Made by a program: the position numbers and the translations under genes. The notes under the pieces were generated by a model, which saw only the letters and a list, made by a program, of their open reading frames with translations, was not told the origin of the DNA and did no database searches. A stretch of 64,000 bases of DNA from Nitrososphaeria archaeon (GTDB lineage: Archaea; Thermoproteota; Nitrososphaeria; Nitrososphaerales; JAAOZN01), in contig JARVJZ010000003.1 in assembly GCA_029775855.1 (NCBI GenBank), positions 96,001-160,000 of the forward strand, read 5' to 3'. Shown in pieces: positions 39,361 through 49,115 of the stretch (the stretch's first letter is position 1; each line of letters begins with the position of its first letter).

Positions 39361-40478
39361 GCAGCAAAGCAAAGGCTATTTTAAAGAAGTATCCGCTTTG
39401 CTCAAGGTGCCTAGAAAGGCAAGTGCGGTTGAAAGCTAAGTATCCGACCGATACTAAAGAATGCTTCATCTGCGGAAACTTCTTTGAACATATAAACGAT
39501 GTTGTGAAGACCGTAGCCACAGCCTTAAACGAGTATGAATTTCAAACCTTCAGCATAGGTCTATCCGCACCTAATGAATGGATCGAGAAAGAGGATATGA
39601 TTAGGTCAGAATTCAAGCTGCGAGGTGTACGCAACATAAAGTCCGAAGCTTCACATGCTCTTACACTTGAATTGAGTAGGGTCTTAAATAAGAGGCTCGA
39701 CCGCTTTGACCCCGATGTTGTCGCTATAGTGGATGTGGTAAGCAGAGACGTGAAGGTGCTGGCAAAGTCAGTTTACCTATTTGGAAGATACACTAAATCA
39801 AAGCGTGGTCTACCGCAGAAGCAACCAAGATGCAAAGTCTGCAGAGGACGAGGTTGCCCAGAATGCGGATACACAGGTAAAGAGAAGCAGATGAGCGTAG
39901 AGCAGCTTCTGAGCCAAAGGCTTCTAAACATATTCAAAGGCTCTAAAGTAACATTCAGCTGGTGTGGAAGCGAAGACGAACAAAGTCTAGTTTTAGGAGA
40001 AGGTAGACCGTTCTATGTCGAGGTGCATAACCCCAAAAAAAGAAATCTACCGAGTTTGAATTTACCATTCAAACTAGGCTTTGGGGTTAAGCTTAAACAA
40101 CTAACCTTACTTGCTGCTAAACCTGAGAAGATGCCTTCCTTTCGCAGCGAAGTGTTTGCTCGGGTGCTCTTTCAAAGTAAGCCTGATAAGAAGAAGTTAA
40201 AGGAGGCTTCAGCTCTTTTAGAGCGCTCAGAAATTTATCAAGCATCTTTAAGTAAGCGTAAGACATATGTGAAGAAGATCTACTTATTTAAAATTCGAGT
40301 AGTTGGTTGTAAGGGGTTCATCAGGTTCATATGTGATGGTGGATTAAGCATAAAACGCTTTCTCACTGGTGCAGGCGAACCTATAACTCCTAATCTACCC
40401 TCGCTTCTCGGTGTGAATATAGACCTTGATGAGCATAAACCCTTTGACATATTAGATGTAATGCTGGAAGGCTTTTAG
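39357..40478 (+). CDS. pus10: tRNA pseudouridine(54/55) synthase Pus10 (divergent)
   Basis: LCSRC, GRYTKSKRGLPQ, GSED, GRPFYVEV; position after srp54. Confidence 0.82.
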   Translation: MSSKAKAILKKYPLCSRCLERQVRLKAKYPTDTKECFICGNFFEHINDVVKTVATALNEYEFQTFSIGLSAPNEWIEKEDMIRSEFKLRGVRNIKSEASHALTLELSRVLNKRLDRFDPDVVAIVDVVSRDVKVLAKSVYLFGRYTKSKRGLPQKQPRCKVCRGRGCPECGYTGKEKQMSVEQLLSQRLLNIFKGSKVTFSWCGSEDEQSLVLGEGRPFYVEVHNPKKRNLPSLNLPFKLGFGVKLKQLTLLAAKPEKMPSFRSEVFARVLFQSKPDKKKLKEASALLERSEIYQASLSKRKTYVKKIYLFKIRVVGCKGFIRFICDGGLSIKRFLTGAGEPITPNLPSLLGVNIDLDEHKPFDILDVMLEGF

Positions 40479-40513
40479 AATAGCTCTAACACACCCCATT
40501 GGGTTGACGCTAG

Positions 40514-41644
40514 TTGGCTACATATAGAGTTGCTGTAATACCTGGAGATGGTGTAGGGCCAGAAGTTATACGCGAAGGCAAGAAGGTATTAGATGCGGTG
40601 AGTGAAGTAGACTCTTTTGAAATAGAGTGGGTAGAGTACCCTTTCGGCGCAGAGTATTACTTAAAGACAGGCAAGACGCTTGACGAAGATTCACTTAAAG
40701 AACTCAAGCGGTATAAGGCGATTTATCTCGGTGCCGTAGGAGATCCGAGGGTTCCTCCAGGGGTATTAGAGCTAGGGATTCTACTCAAGCTACGCTTCTA
40801 TATGGATGAATATGTGAACCTTAGACCAGTTAAGCTTTTTGAAGGCGTGGATACCCCTCTTAGAAATAAAAGTGAAAAGGATATCTGCTTTGATGTAGTT
40901 AGAGAGAACACCGAAGACTTTTACATCGGTGTAGGGGGAAGAGTAGCGAAGGTCCCTATCAGACAACAGCATAACCTTATGCGGGAGCTCTATAACCTTA
41001 AGTTCAATCTGGATATCGAGGGAGATGCGGATGAAATAGCCTATCAATTAGGCGTCATAAGTCGAAGGGGTGCTGAGCGTGTCATAAGATACGCTTTTGA
41101 GCTTGCTGAGAGAAAGAAGAAGCGAAAGGTATCTTCAGTTGATAAAGCGAATGTCTTGACAGAAGTGTATGGTCTTTGGCGAGAAGTCTTTGCTGAAGTC
41201 TCTAAATGTTATCCACATATTGAGACAGAGTATATGTTTGTAGACGCTGCTGCCATGTGGTTCGTCAAAAACCCAGAATGGTTCCAAGTAGTCGTTACCC
41301 CAAATCTCTTTGGAGACATCTTAACAGATCTAGGTGCGATGATACAAGGAGGCCTAGGTGTTGCACCGGGAGCAAATATAAACCCTTTCGGCACTTCAAC
41401 CTTTGAACCCATACACGGCTCAGCCCCAAAGTATAAGGGGCAGAACAAGATTAACCCTATTGCGACGATTCTCGCTGGCGCTCTTCTTCTTGAAAACCTT
41501 GGGTTATACAGCTCTGCGGCTAAAGTTGAGGATGCGGTTAGAGCGGTGCTGAGGGAGGGTAAGGTTCGCACCTACGATTTAGGCGGTTCTTCAACCACAG
41601 AAGAAGTAGGTGATGCGGTTGCAGAAAAGCTTAGGAGTTCTTAG
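40514..41644 (+). CDS. leuB: 3-isopropylmalate dehydrogenase (ICDH/IPMDH family)
   Basis: [37 protein letters not shown]. Confidence 0.88.
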   Translation: MATYRVAVIPGDGVGPEVIREGKKVLDAVSEVDSFEIEWVEYPFGAEYYLKTGKTLDEDSLKELKRYKAIYLGAVGDPRVPPGVLELGILLKLRFYMDEYVNLRPVKLFEGVDTPLRNKSEKDICFDVVRENTEDFYIGVGGRVAKVPIRQQHNLMRELYNLKFNLDIEGDADEIAYQLGVISRRGAERVIRYAFELAERKKKRKVSSVDKANVLTEVYGLWREVFAEVSKCYPHIETEYMFVDAAAMWFVKNPEWFQVVVTPNLFGDILTDLGAMIQGGLGVAPGANINPFGTSTFEPIHGSAPKYKGQNKINPIATILAGALLLENLGLYSSAAKVEDAVRAVLREGKVRTYDLGGSSTTEEVGDAVAEKLRSS

Positions 41645-42023
41645 GTCTCCAACCCAAAGCCAAGCTACCCCCTATAACTCCGAGTATCAACCCTAGCAGG
41701 AAGCCGCCGCCTCCAAATATGCTCAGTATAGATAAGACGAGGATAGCTGCTCCCCAACCACTACTCCCAGCGGGTCGATAATAGAGCATCAGTGCTGCAA
41801 ATATGGTGAGAGCGCCTAACACTAAGCCGACTACGCTCAACGCGAACATCAATCTTCCGAGGGCTAAAACGATACTACCAGATAAACCGCGTGGCGTCAT
41901 AACATAATCTAAGGTGTTAGTTAAAGCTTGGGTAGATAAACCAACTACTAACCCATTCGCGAAGATCAATGCACCAGCGGCTAGGGTGAGGATGAATGCG
42001 GTGTAGGGTTTTTCACCAGACAT
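41631..42023 (-). CDS. small membrane protein (DUF6114-like)
   Basis: Multiple TM helices, [15 protein letters not shown]. Confidence 0.7.
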   Translation of the reverse strand: MSGEKPYTAFILTLAAGALIFANGLVVGLSTQALTNTLDYVMTPRGLSGSIVLALGRLMFALSVVGLVLGALTIFAALMLYYRPAGSSGWGAAILVLSILSIFGGGGFLLGLILGVIGGSLALGWRPKNS

Positions 42024-42051
42024 ACTGTTTACCTTTCTTTATGAGATTATT

Positions 42052-43575
42052 TTAAGATATCTTAGTGTTGTTGTTCATCTTCTTTTGCTTGAGTAAAATT
42101 TTGTTCATCCCCTTTATAAGCGCTTCAACACTAGCCACAACGATGTCATCACCCATGCCTCTGGCTGAAGATATGTTGCCCATGCTGTCCCCAACTTTTA
42201 CTATAACCTCTGCCATAGCGTCTGAGCCGCCGCTTAAAGCCTCAAGCCTATACTCCTTCAAAAAGATCTTCGCAACCTTCTCAGTCACGCTTTGAATAGC
42301 CTTAACAGCTGCGTCAACAGGCCCTACTCCAGTAGCTGAAGCGACATAAATCCTACCATCAAGGTCGAGCTTAACCGAAGCAGTAGGCACTACATTAATA
42401 CCAGTCATAACAGCAAAATCGAGCAGCTTTAGAACCTTTTCATTCTCTTCAGGAACCTTAAGGACAGAACGCGCTATAGCTTCTACATCTGAGTCTGTTA
42501 GTGTTTTACCTTTATCCCCCAGCTCCTTAACTTTGCTGACTATTAACGCAAGCTGCTCATCGTTAGGTGATAACCCCATTTCTTGGAGCTGAGCCCTTAT
42601 GCCGTGGCTACCAGCGTGCTTGCCGGCTTGAAGCCACCTTGTTCTACCAACTACTTCTGGGTCTAGGGGTTCGTATGTAAAGGGTAGAGATAGTATGCCG
42701 TGTGTATGTATACCAGACTCATGTCCAAATGCGTTATCACCTACAATCGCCTTGTTAGGTTGCACAATTACCCCAGTTAGCTTAGAGACCAGTCTGCTCG
42801 TCTCGTAGATGAGTTTCGTGTTGATTTTAGTCTTCTTCATGTAAAGGTTGTGGAGAGCCATCACAACCTCCTCTAGCGAAGCGTTGCCGGCCCTTTCACC
42901 AAGTCCGTTTACAGTTACATGCACCTCTGATGCCCCAGCTTCAACAGCAGCGATGGAGTTTGCTACAGCCAGTCCAAAGTCGTTATGGCAGTGAACAGCG
43001 ATAGGTACATCAACAACGCTCTTCACCTCCCTAACTAACATAGCCATCCTAGACGGTGTTGAGACCCCAACAGTATCAGGAATATCGAGCCTATCAGCAC
43101 CAGCATCCACTACCGCCCTATAGAACTCCTTTAGAACTTGAGGCTCTGTTCTAGTAGCATCTTCAGCAGAAAACTCAACTTTAACGCCGTGCTTCTTCGC
43201 ATACTCAACACCTTGAATAGCCTTCTCAAGAGCTTGTTGTCTGCTCATCTTAAGTTTATAGTTGAGATGAATGTCTGAGGTTGCAATAAATAGATGAATG
43301 CAATTCACATCGGAGCTTAGTGCAGCATCTATATCGCTCTTCTCCACCCTAGCGAGTCCACAGACTTCAGCGGTCAACCCCTCTTTAGCAATCATTCTCA
43401 CAGCTTCAGCCTCGCCTTTTGATGCTACTGGAAAGCCTGCTTCAATGGTATCGACACCTAACTTATCTAGCTGCCTCGCAATTTCTAGTTTATCCTCTGA
43501 TGTCAATGTTACACCTGGTGTCTGTTCGCCGTCTCTGAGTGTGGTGTCAAATATCCTTATGTACTCATCTACCAA
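42052..43575 (-). CDS. leuA: 2-isopropylmalate synthase
   Basis: [30 protein letters not shown], regulatory GVGPVDA. Confidence 0.9.
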   Translation of the reverse strand: MVDEYIRIFDTTLRDGEQTPGVTLTSEDKLEIARQLDKLGVDTIEAGFPVASKGEAEAVRMIAKEGLTAEVCGLARVEKSDIDAALSSDVNCIHLFIATSDIHLNYKLKMSRQQALEKAIQGVEYAKKHGVKVEFSAEDATRTEPQVLKEFYRAVVDAGADRLDIPDTVGVSTPSRMAMLVREVKSVVDVPIAVHCHNDFGLAVANSIAAVEAGASEVHVTVNGLGERAGNASLEEVVMALHNLYMKKTKINTKLIYETSRLVSKLTGVIVQPNKAIVGDNAFGHESGIHTHGILSLPFTYEPLDPEVVGRTRWLQAGKHAGSHGIRAQLQEMGLSPNDEQLALIVSKVKELGDKGKTLTDSDVEAIARSVLKVPEENEKVLKLLDFAVMTGINVVPTASVKLDLDGRIYVASATGVGPVDAAVKAIQSVTEKVAKIFLKEYRLEALSGGSDAMAEVIVKVGDSMGNISSARGMGDDIVVASVEALIKGMNKILLKQKKMNNNTKIS

Positions 43576-43589
43576 CCGCTAAACACCAT

Positions 43590-44081
43590 CTAGCCTCTTG
43601 CTATTGCTGTTATGCCCGTTCGTGAAATATCTCTGATTCCGAAGGATGTTAATATCTTTATGAAGGCATCTATCTTATCGGGGGCACCAGTAACTTCAAT
43701 CGTCATGGTTTCTTCACCTACATCAACAACTTTACCTCTAAAGATTTGGACATAATTCATTAAATCTGCACGAGCCTTCTGGTCGGATGCATTAACCTTA
43801 ATCAAAGCAAGTTCGCGCACAACCGAATTCTTAGCTTCAAGCCTCACTATCTTGATAACATCTATAAGCTTAGCCAACTGCTTCACAAGCTGCTCAACTG
43901 TCGATTCATCACCATTAACCACGATAGTCATCTTAGATAAGCCAGGCTGCTCAATCGGACCAACAGTTATACTTTCAATGTTAAAGCCTCTTCGTCTAAA
44001 CATGTTTGAAGCTTTAAAGAGTACTCCAGGCTTGTTCTCGACTATCGTTGATAATATGTAGCTTTCACTCAATTTTTTCAC
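43590..44081 (-). CDS. ilvN: acetolactate synthase small subunit
   Basis: ENKPGVL, RRGFNIESI, RELALIKV, SRTG. Confidence 0.95.
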   Translation of the reverse strand: MKKLSESYILSTIVENKPGVLFKASNMFRRRGFNIESITVGPIEQPGLSKMTIVVNGDESTVEQLVKQLAKLIDVIKIVRLEAKNSVVRELALIKVNASDQKARADLMNYVQIFRGKVVDVGEETMTIEVTGAPDKIDAFIKILTSFGIRDISRTGITAIARG

Positions 44082-45775
44082 CCATTCGGACCATAGAGTA
44101 TGTCCTTCAAACCTGCACCTGGTGGGACGAAGGGGTATACATCCTCTTCAGGATCTATTGGTACATCTATTACGGTTGCAACTTCGCTGAGTAGTGCATG
44201 GTTAAATGCCTTTTCGAATTCTTCAAGTGTATGCGCTCTTATACCTACTGCACCATATGATTCGGCTAATCTTACAAAGTCTGGGGTGCTTCCAAATTTC
44301 ACTGAAGAATATCTTCTGTTGTAGAAGATTCTTTGCCACTGCTCTACCATACCAAGAGACCTATTGTCCATTATCACAACTATAACAGGTATCCCCTCCT
44401 CCACACATACAGCCAGAGAGTTCTCAGTCATACAAAAGCTACCATCACCAGCCAAGTCGACCACAGGAACATCTGGTTTTGCAACTTTAGCGCCTATTGA
44501 GGCTGGGAAACCGAAGCCCATTGTGCCCAATCCTGTAGAAGTTATCCAAGTCCTAGGTCTCACTACTTTGTAATGTATCTCAGCGAACATTTGATGTTTT
44601 CCAACTTCAGTAGCAAGTATGCCTTCAGGAGGGAGCAGTTGCCTAATTTTCTTTATAATTTGAACGCTCATTAGTCTGTTTGAGCCGTCTAACTTAGCAT
44701 TCCTCCTAACCTCTTCCCTAACTTCTTCTACGCGCCTCAGCCAAGGTGAGTCGTTTCTCTGCTCGACTATCTTACTCTTAAGCCTCTCATATATCTGCTC
44801 TAGAGTTACCTTGGCATCTCCGACTATAGGAAGATGAACACGCTTATTCTTACCTATTTCAGAAGGATCAATATCTATATGTATGATCTTAGCATCTGGG
44901 CAAAAGGCGTCGAACCTGCCAGTAGAGCGGTCTGAGAAGCGAACCCCCACAGAGAGCAGACAGTCTGTCTCAAGCACAATCCTGTTAGCTTCAGCAGTTC
45001 CGTGCATACCAATCGGCCCAAGCGCAAGAGGATGATTCTCTGGAAAAGCACCCTTACCTATTAATGTTGTAACAACAGGAGCCATTAGAAGCTCAGCGAT
45101 CTTTCTGAACGGCTCGTGCGCATTCGAAAGATTTACTCCACCACCACCCCAAAGCACAGGCCTTTCAGCAGATAGAAGAAGGTCAACCGCTTTTTCCACC
45201 TGCAGGGGATGTGGTGTGACAACAGGCCTATATCCTCTTATCGTAACCTTATCTGGAAAGATCATATTTGCCTTCTCTTGCTGAACATCCTTTGGTATAT
45301 CAACGAGGACAGGGCCGGGTCTGCCGGTTGAAGCTATGTAGAATGCTTTCTTTATGTCAGAAGGTATCTCCTCTGCCCTCATTGGTTGAAATGTGTACTT
45401 TGTTATAGCTGTGGTTATCCCTATTATATCGACTTCTTGGAACGCATCTTTGCCTATCATGGCTCTTGGGACCTGACCTGTTATGGCTACTATGGGTGAA
45501 GAGTCCATGTAGGCTGTTGCTATTCCTGTCACCAAGTTGGTTGCACCTGGGCCAGAAGTTGCCATGCATACTCCGACTTTGCCGCTTGCTCTAGCGTATC
45601 CATCAGCCATATGTGCTGCTGACTGCTCGTGTCTGCATAAGATAGATCTTATGCCACTGCTGTAGAGAGCATCGTAGATAGGTAGGTTGGCTCCACCTGG
45701 TATACCAAACACAACAGAGACATTTTCTCGTTTAAGGGCTTCTATAACCGCTTCTGCACCGATCATCTCAACCAT
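44078..45775 (-). CDS. ilvB: acetolactate synthase large subunit
   Basis: RHEQSAAHMADGYAR, TSGPGATN, GDGSF ThDP motif. Confidence 0.96.
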   Translation of the reverse strand: MVEMIGAEAVIEALKRENVSVVFGIPGGANLPIYDALYSSGIRSILCRHEQSAAHMADGYARASGKVGVCMATSGPGATNLVTGIATAYMDSSPIVAITGQVPRAMIGKDAFQEVDIIGITTAITKYTFQPMRAEEIPSDIKKAFYIASTGRPGPVLVDIPKDVQQEKANMIFPDKVTIRGYRPVVTPHPLQVEKAVDLLLSAERPVLWGGGGVNLSNAHEPFRKIAELLMAPVVTTLIGKGAFPENHPLALGPIGMHGTAEANRIVLETDCLLSVGVRFSDRSTGRFDAFCPDAKIIHIDIDPSEIGKNKRVHLPIVGDAKVTLEQIYERLKSKIVEQRNDSPWLRRVEEVREEVRRNAKLDGSNRLMSVQIIKKIRQLLPPEGILATEVGKHQMFAEIHYKVVRPRTWITSTGLGTMGFGFPASIGAKVAKPDVPVVDLAGDGSFCMTENSLAVCVEEGIPVIVVIMDNRSLGMVEQWQRIFYNRRYSSVKFGSTPDFVRLAESYGAVGIRAHTLEEFEKAFNHALLSEVATVIDVPIDPEEDVYPFVPPGAGLKDILYGPNG

Positions 45776-45833
45776 AATTCACACACTCCATATGCATACC
45801 AACCCACACCTTTGAATATTATAGATGTGGGCT

Positions 45834-45914
45834 CTAAGATACAATCAACAATACGAGCTGCACAGCTAATAATTTGCTACGCACTTCCTTCGAAGTTTGC
45901 AGCTCGCTTATCAA
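45834..45914 (-). CDS. putative leader peptide of ilvB-ilvN-leuA operon (MISELQTSKEVRSKLLAVQLVLLIVS)
   Basis: 26-codon uORF (TTG..TAG), 9 of last 12 codons Leu/Val/Ile; 28 nt from TATA box; 58 nt upstream of ilvB ATG. Confidence 0.65.
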   Translation of the reverse strand: MISELQTSKEVRSKLLAVQLVLLIVS

Positions 45915-45941
45915 GCCCAGCAGTAGCTACCTTATACCTTG

Positions 45942-45956
45942 TTAATAAGTTTTCTC
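45942..45956 (-). promoter_or_regulatory. BRE/TATA promoter for leader-ilvB transcript
   Basis: GAGAAAAC-TTATTAA on minus strand; back-to-back with ilvD TATA (45966-45974). Confidence 0.55.
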
Positions 45957-46001
45957 AAAAGCAAATATATTAAAGGTTGTGGAATATAGGTTAGGGTCTA
46001 T

Positions 46002-47669
46002 TTGAGAAGCAGTAAAATTAAGGATGGTGTTGATAGAGCGCCTCATAGAAGTCTTCTAAAGGCTGTGGGTGTCAAGGATGAAGACATGCAGAAGCCCTTC
46101 ATAGGAATAGCAAACTCGTATACGGACATTGTGCCTGGGCATATTCATTTAAACGAGTTAGCTAAAGTCGTTAAGCAAGCTGTAAGGGAGGCTGGCGGCG
46201 TTCCATTCGAATTTAACACCATAGCTGTGGATGACGGGATAGCTATGGGTCATCTTGGTATGAGATATTCTCTACCATCAAGAGAGTTGATAGCAGACTC
46301 TGTGGAGACGATGGTTCAAGCACACTGCTTTGACGCACTAATCTGCATAGCGAGCTGCGACAAAATAGTTCCAGGTATGCTCTTAGCCGCAGTCAGACTC
46401 AACATTCCCACAATCTTTCTTAGTGGCGGCCCTATGCCAGCAGGTAGGTTAAAAGATGGTAGGGCAATAGACTTCTCAACCGTCTACGAATCAGTAGGCG
46501 CATACTACAAAGGTCAAATCACACTAGAAGCGCTTAAGGAGATCGAGGGACTCGCGTGCCCAACTTGCGGCTCCTGCGCTGGACTATTCACAGCCAACTC
46601 AATGAACTGCGTCTGCGAAGCGTTAGGAATAGCACTACCGGGCAACGGCACCGCGCTAGCAACATCTCCAGAGCGGTTAGATCTAGCACGCAAAGTTGGG
46701 AGAAGCATCTTGAAGCTTTGGGAGTTAGATCTTAAGCCTCTTGATATAATAACTGATAAGTCGATTGATAACGCATTCGCCTTAGATCTAGCTATAGGCG
46801 GCTCGACAAATACTGTTTTGCATCTTCTTGCTTTAGCTAAAGAGGCTGGCATCGACTACTCCTTAAAAAGAGTTGATGAGCTTTCAAGTAAGGTTCCTCA
46901 TCTATGTAAGCTGAGCCCAGCATCAAACTTTCATCTTGAAGACTTTGCGGCTGCTGGAGGTGTGGGTGCGGTGCTTAAGGAGTTGAGTAAGCTCGATGAT
47001 GTAGTTGATCTGAAGCAGATTACAGTTACCACAAAGACTCTTGGAGAAAATATCCGTGACTCTATCATTCGTGATGCTCAAGTCATAAGAACTGTTGAGC
47101 AACCATACAGCAGAATTGGTGGAATAGCCGTCTTATTCGGAAATTTAGCGCCCGAAGGTTCTGTAGTTAAAGTTGGTGCGGTAGACCCAGCAATTAAACA
47201 GCATAGGGGTGAAGCGGTTGTGTTTAACTCAGAAGATGAAGCCCTTGAAGGTATCAAAGAAGGTAAAGTCGATAAAGGCGATGTGGTCGTGATTAGATAT
47301 GAGGGGCCTAAAGGTGGACCTGGTATGCCTGAAATGCTCGCACCTACATCTATGATTGTTGGCATGGGGTTAGGCAAGGATGTTGCCTTAATCACTGATG
47401 GGCGCTTCTCAGGAGCTACTAGAGGAATATGTGTGGGACATGTCTCACCAGAGGCTGCTGCTGGAGGACCAATAGCACTAATAGAAGACGGCGACACCAT
47501 AAAGATAGATTTAGAGAAGAAGTCTATCACAGTAGAGCTTTCAAATGAGGAAATGGACGAGCGTAGAGCAAATTGGAAACCTATTGAACCACGCTTTAAG
47601 TCAGGCTACTTAAGAAGATACTCTATGCTGGTAGGCTCAGCGAGTAGAGGCGCAACGCTTACCTCCTAA
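46002..47669 (+). CDS. ilvD: dihydroxy-acid dehydratase
   Basis: [36 protein letters not shown]. Confidence 0.96.
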   Translation: MRSSKIKDGVDRAPHRSLLKAVGVKDEDMQKPFIGIANSYTDIVPGHIHLNELAKVVKQAVREAGGVPFEFNTIAVDDGIAMGHLGMRYSLPSRELIADSVETMVQAHCFDALICIASCDKIVPGMLLAAVRLNIPTIFLSGGPMPAGRLKDGRAIDFSTVYESVGAYYKGQITLEALKEIEGLACPTCGSCAGLFTANSMNCVCEALGIALPGNGTALATSPERLDLARKVGRSILKLWELDLKPLDIITDKSIDNAFALDLAIGGSTNTVLHLLALAKEAGIDYSLKRVDELSSKVPHLCKLSPASNFHLEDFAAAGGVGAVLKELSKLDDVVDLKQITVTTKTLGENIRDSIIRDAQVIRTVEQPYSRIGGIAVLFGNLAPEGSVVKVGAVDPAIKQHRGEAVVFNSEDEALEGIKEGKVDKGDVVVIRYEGPKGGPGMPEMLAPTSMIVGMGLGKDVALITDGRFSGATRGICVGHVSPEAAAGGPIALIEDGDTIKIDLEKKSITVELSNEEMDERRANWKPIEPRFKSGYLRRYSMLVGSASRGATLTS

Positions 47670-47717
47670 TTCAGAGAAAACCATAAGAAGACCAAGATTG
47701 AACAATATAGAAGAAAG

Positions 47718-48365
47718 ATGGATGCTGCAAGCTTCATTATCAAAGTGCGTAAAGAACTTAGCGAAGAGAACAAAAAGATACTAGAGCACCCTTTCATAAA
47801 AGATGCAGAAGCGGGGAAGCTTTGTGAAGACAAGATTAAGTGCTTCATTACACAACAAGACTATATCATATCCCACGACCTACGCTCTCTAGCATTAATG
47901 CTTACAAGAAGCAAACACCAAGATGAAACCGATTTCTTCCATCCTCTAATCCAAGGAGATATAGAGGCGTTAAAAAAGCTACATATTTTTGCCGAGGAGC
48001 TGGGTTTAAAGATAGAAGATTTTACCACACAACAACTAATACCTGAAGCAGTATCATACACACACTACCTTGCTTGGCTTGCCCTCTACGCTAATGCAGG
48101 TGAACAAGCCGCTGCCCTAATAGTCAACCTTCCAGTCTGGGGAGAAGCGTGCAGAAGATTTGGCTCAGCCTTAAAAGAGAAGTATGGATACAAGAAGCTT
48201 GACTTCTTTGAACTCTTCTTACAACCTTTTGACGCGGTAGAGGCTGCAGCATTCAAGGTCATAAATAGGTATATTGAAAGATTTAGTATAACGATGGAGC
48301 GGTGCGTGAAGATGATTCAACGCTACGAGCTGATGTTCTGGGATAGCATCTACAGACTTGTGTAA
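47718..48365 (+). CDS. TenA/THI-4 family protein (Cys-less type)
   Basis: HPFI, QQDYI, VNLPVWG, YELMFWD. Confidence 0.82.
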   Translation: MDAASFIIKVRKELSEENKKILEHPFIKDAEAGKLCEDKIKCFITQQDYIISHDLRSLALMLTRSKHQDETDFFHPLIQGDIEALKKLHIFAEELGLKIEDFTTQQLIPEAVSYTHYLAWLALYANAGEQAAALIVNLPVWGEACRRFGSALKEKYGYKKLDFFELFLQPFDAVEAAAFKVINRYIERFSITMERCVKMIQRYELMFWDSIYRLV

Positions 48366-48367
48366 AA

Positions 48368-49039
48368 TTGATGCACAGAGCCTTTACCAATTACCTTTGG
48401 TCTTCAATAAAAAACATCTTCGACGCGATACTTAGACACCCCTTCATAAAAGGCCTTGTCAACGGCAACCTAGAGGAAGCACGATTCAAGTTCTATGTTA
48501 TACAAGACAGCCTATATTTAAGTGAATACGCCAGAGTCTTAAGCTTAGCTGCAGCTAAAGCGCCTTCAGACGATTGGTTTCTCGCCTTCAACGAGCACGC
48601 TAAATTAGCGCTTGTTGCTGAAAGATCTCTTCACGAAAGTTTCTTTAAAGAATGGGGTTTAAGCGAAGAGCAGATTAACGCTATACCAATGATGCCAACA
48701 AACCTAGCCTACACCTCATATCTTAGAGCCGTAGCCCTCTCAGCACCCTTCCACGATACATTAGCGGCGCTACTGCCATGCTACTGGATATACTGGGAAG
48801 TAGGTAAAGAATTGGAGAAGCAAGGCTCTAAGAACCCCATTTATCAGAGGTGGATAGAAACATATTCTTCAAAAGAGTTTGGCGGCATATGTGAAGTCGT
48901 TATAGAGATCGTTGAGCAAGCGTCAAAAAGCCTAACAGTAGAGCAGAAGGAAAACATGAAAAAGCACTTCACCACCACGAGTAGATACGAATACCTATTC
49001 TGGGATGCAAGCTACAATATGGAGCATTGGCCCCTCTAA
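48368..49039 (+). CDS. tenA: thiaminase II (TenA)
   Basis: HPFI, YVIQDSLYL, LLPCYWIY catalytic Cys, YEYLFWD. Confidence 0.9.
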   Translation: MMHRAFTNYLWSSIKNIFDAILRHPFIKGLVNGNLEEARFKFYVIQDSLYLSEYARVLSLAAAKAPSDDWFLAFNEHAKLALVAERSLHESFFKEWGLSEEQINAIPMMPTNLAYTSYLRAVALSAPFHDTLAALLPCYWIYWEVGKELEKQGSKNPIYQRWIETYSSKEFGGICEVVIEIVEQASKSLTVEQKENMKKHFTTTSRYEYLFWDASYNMEHWPL

Positions 49040-49115
49040 AACTCTATACATCAAATATAGCGTTAAACTTATATTAGAAGTGTAGAGAGAGTAAGGCTCA
49101 ACAGAGGTAAACCAA

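Noticed and set aside
47670-47717. TPP riboswitch upstream of tenA genes
   Set aside because: Only 48 nt intergenic and no CUGAGA-type core seen
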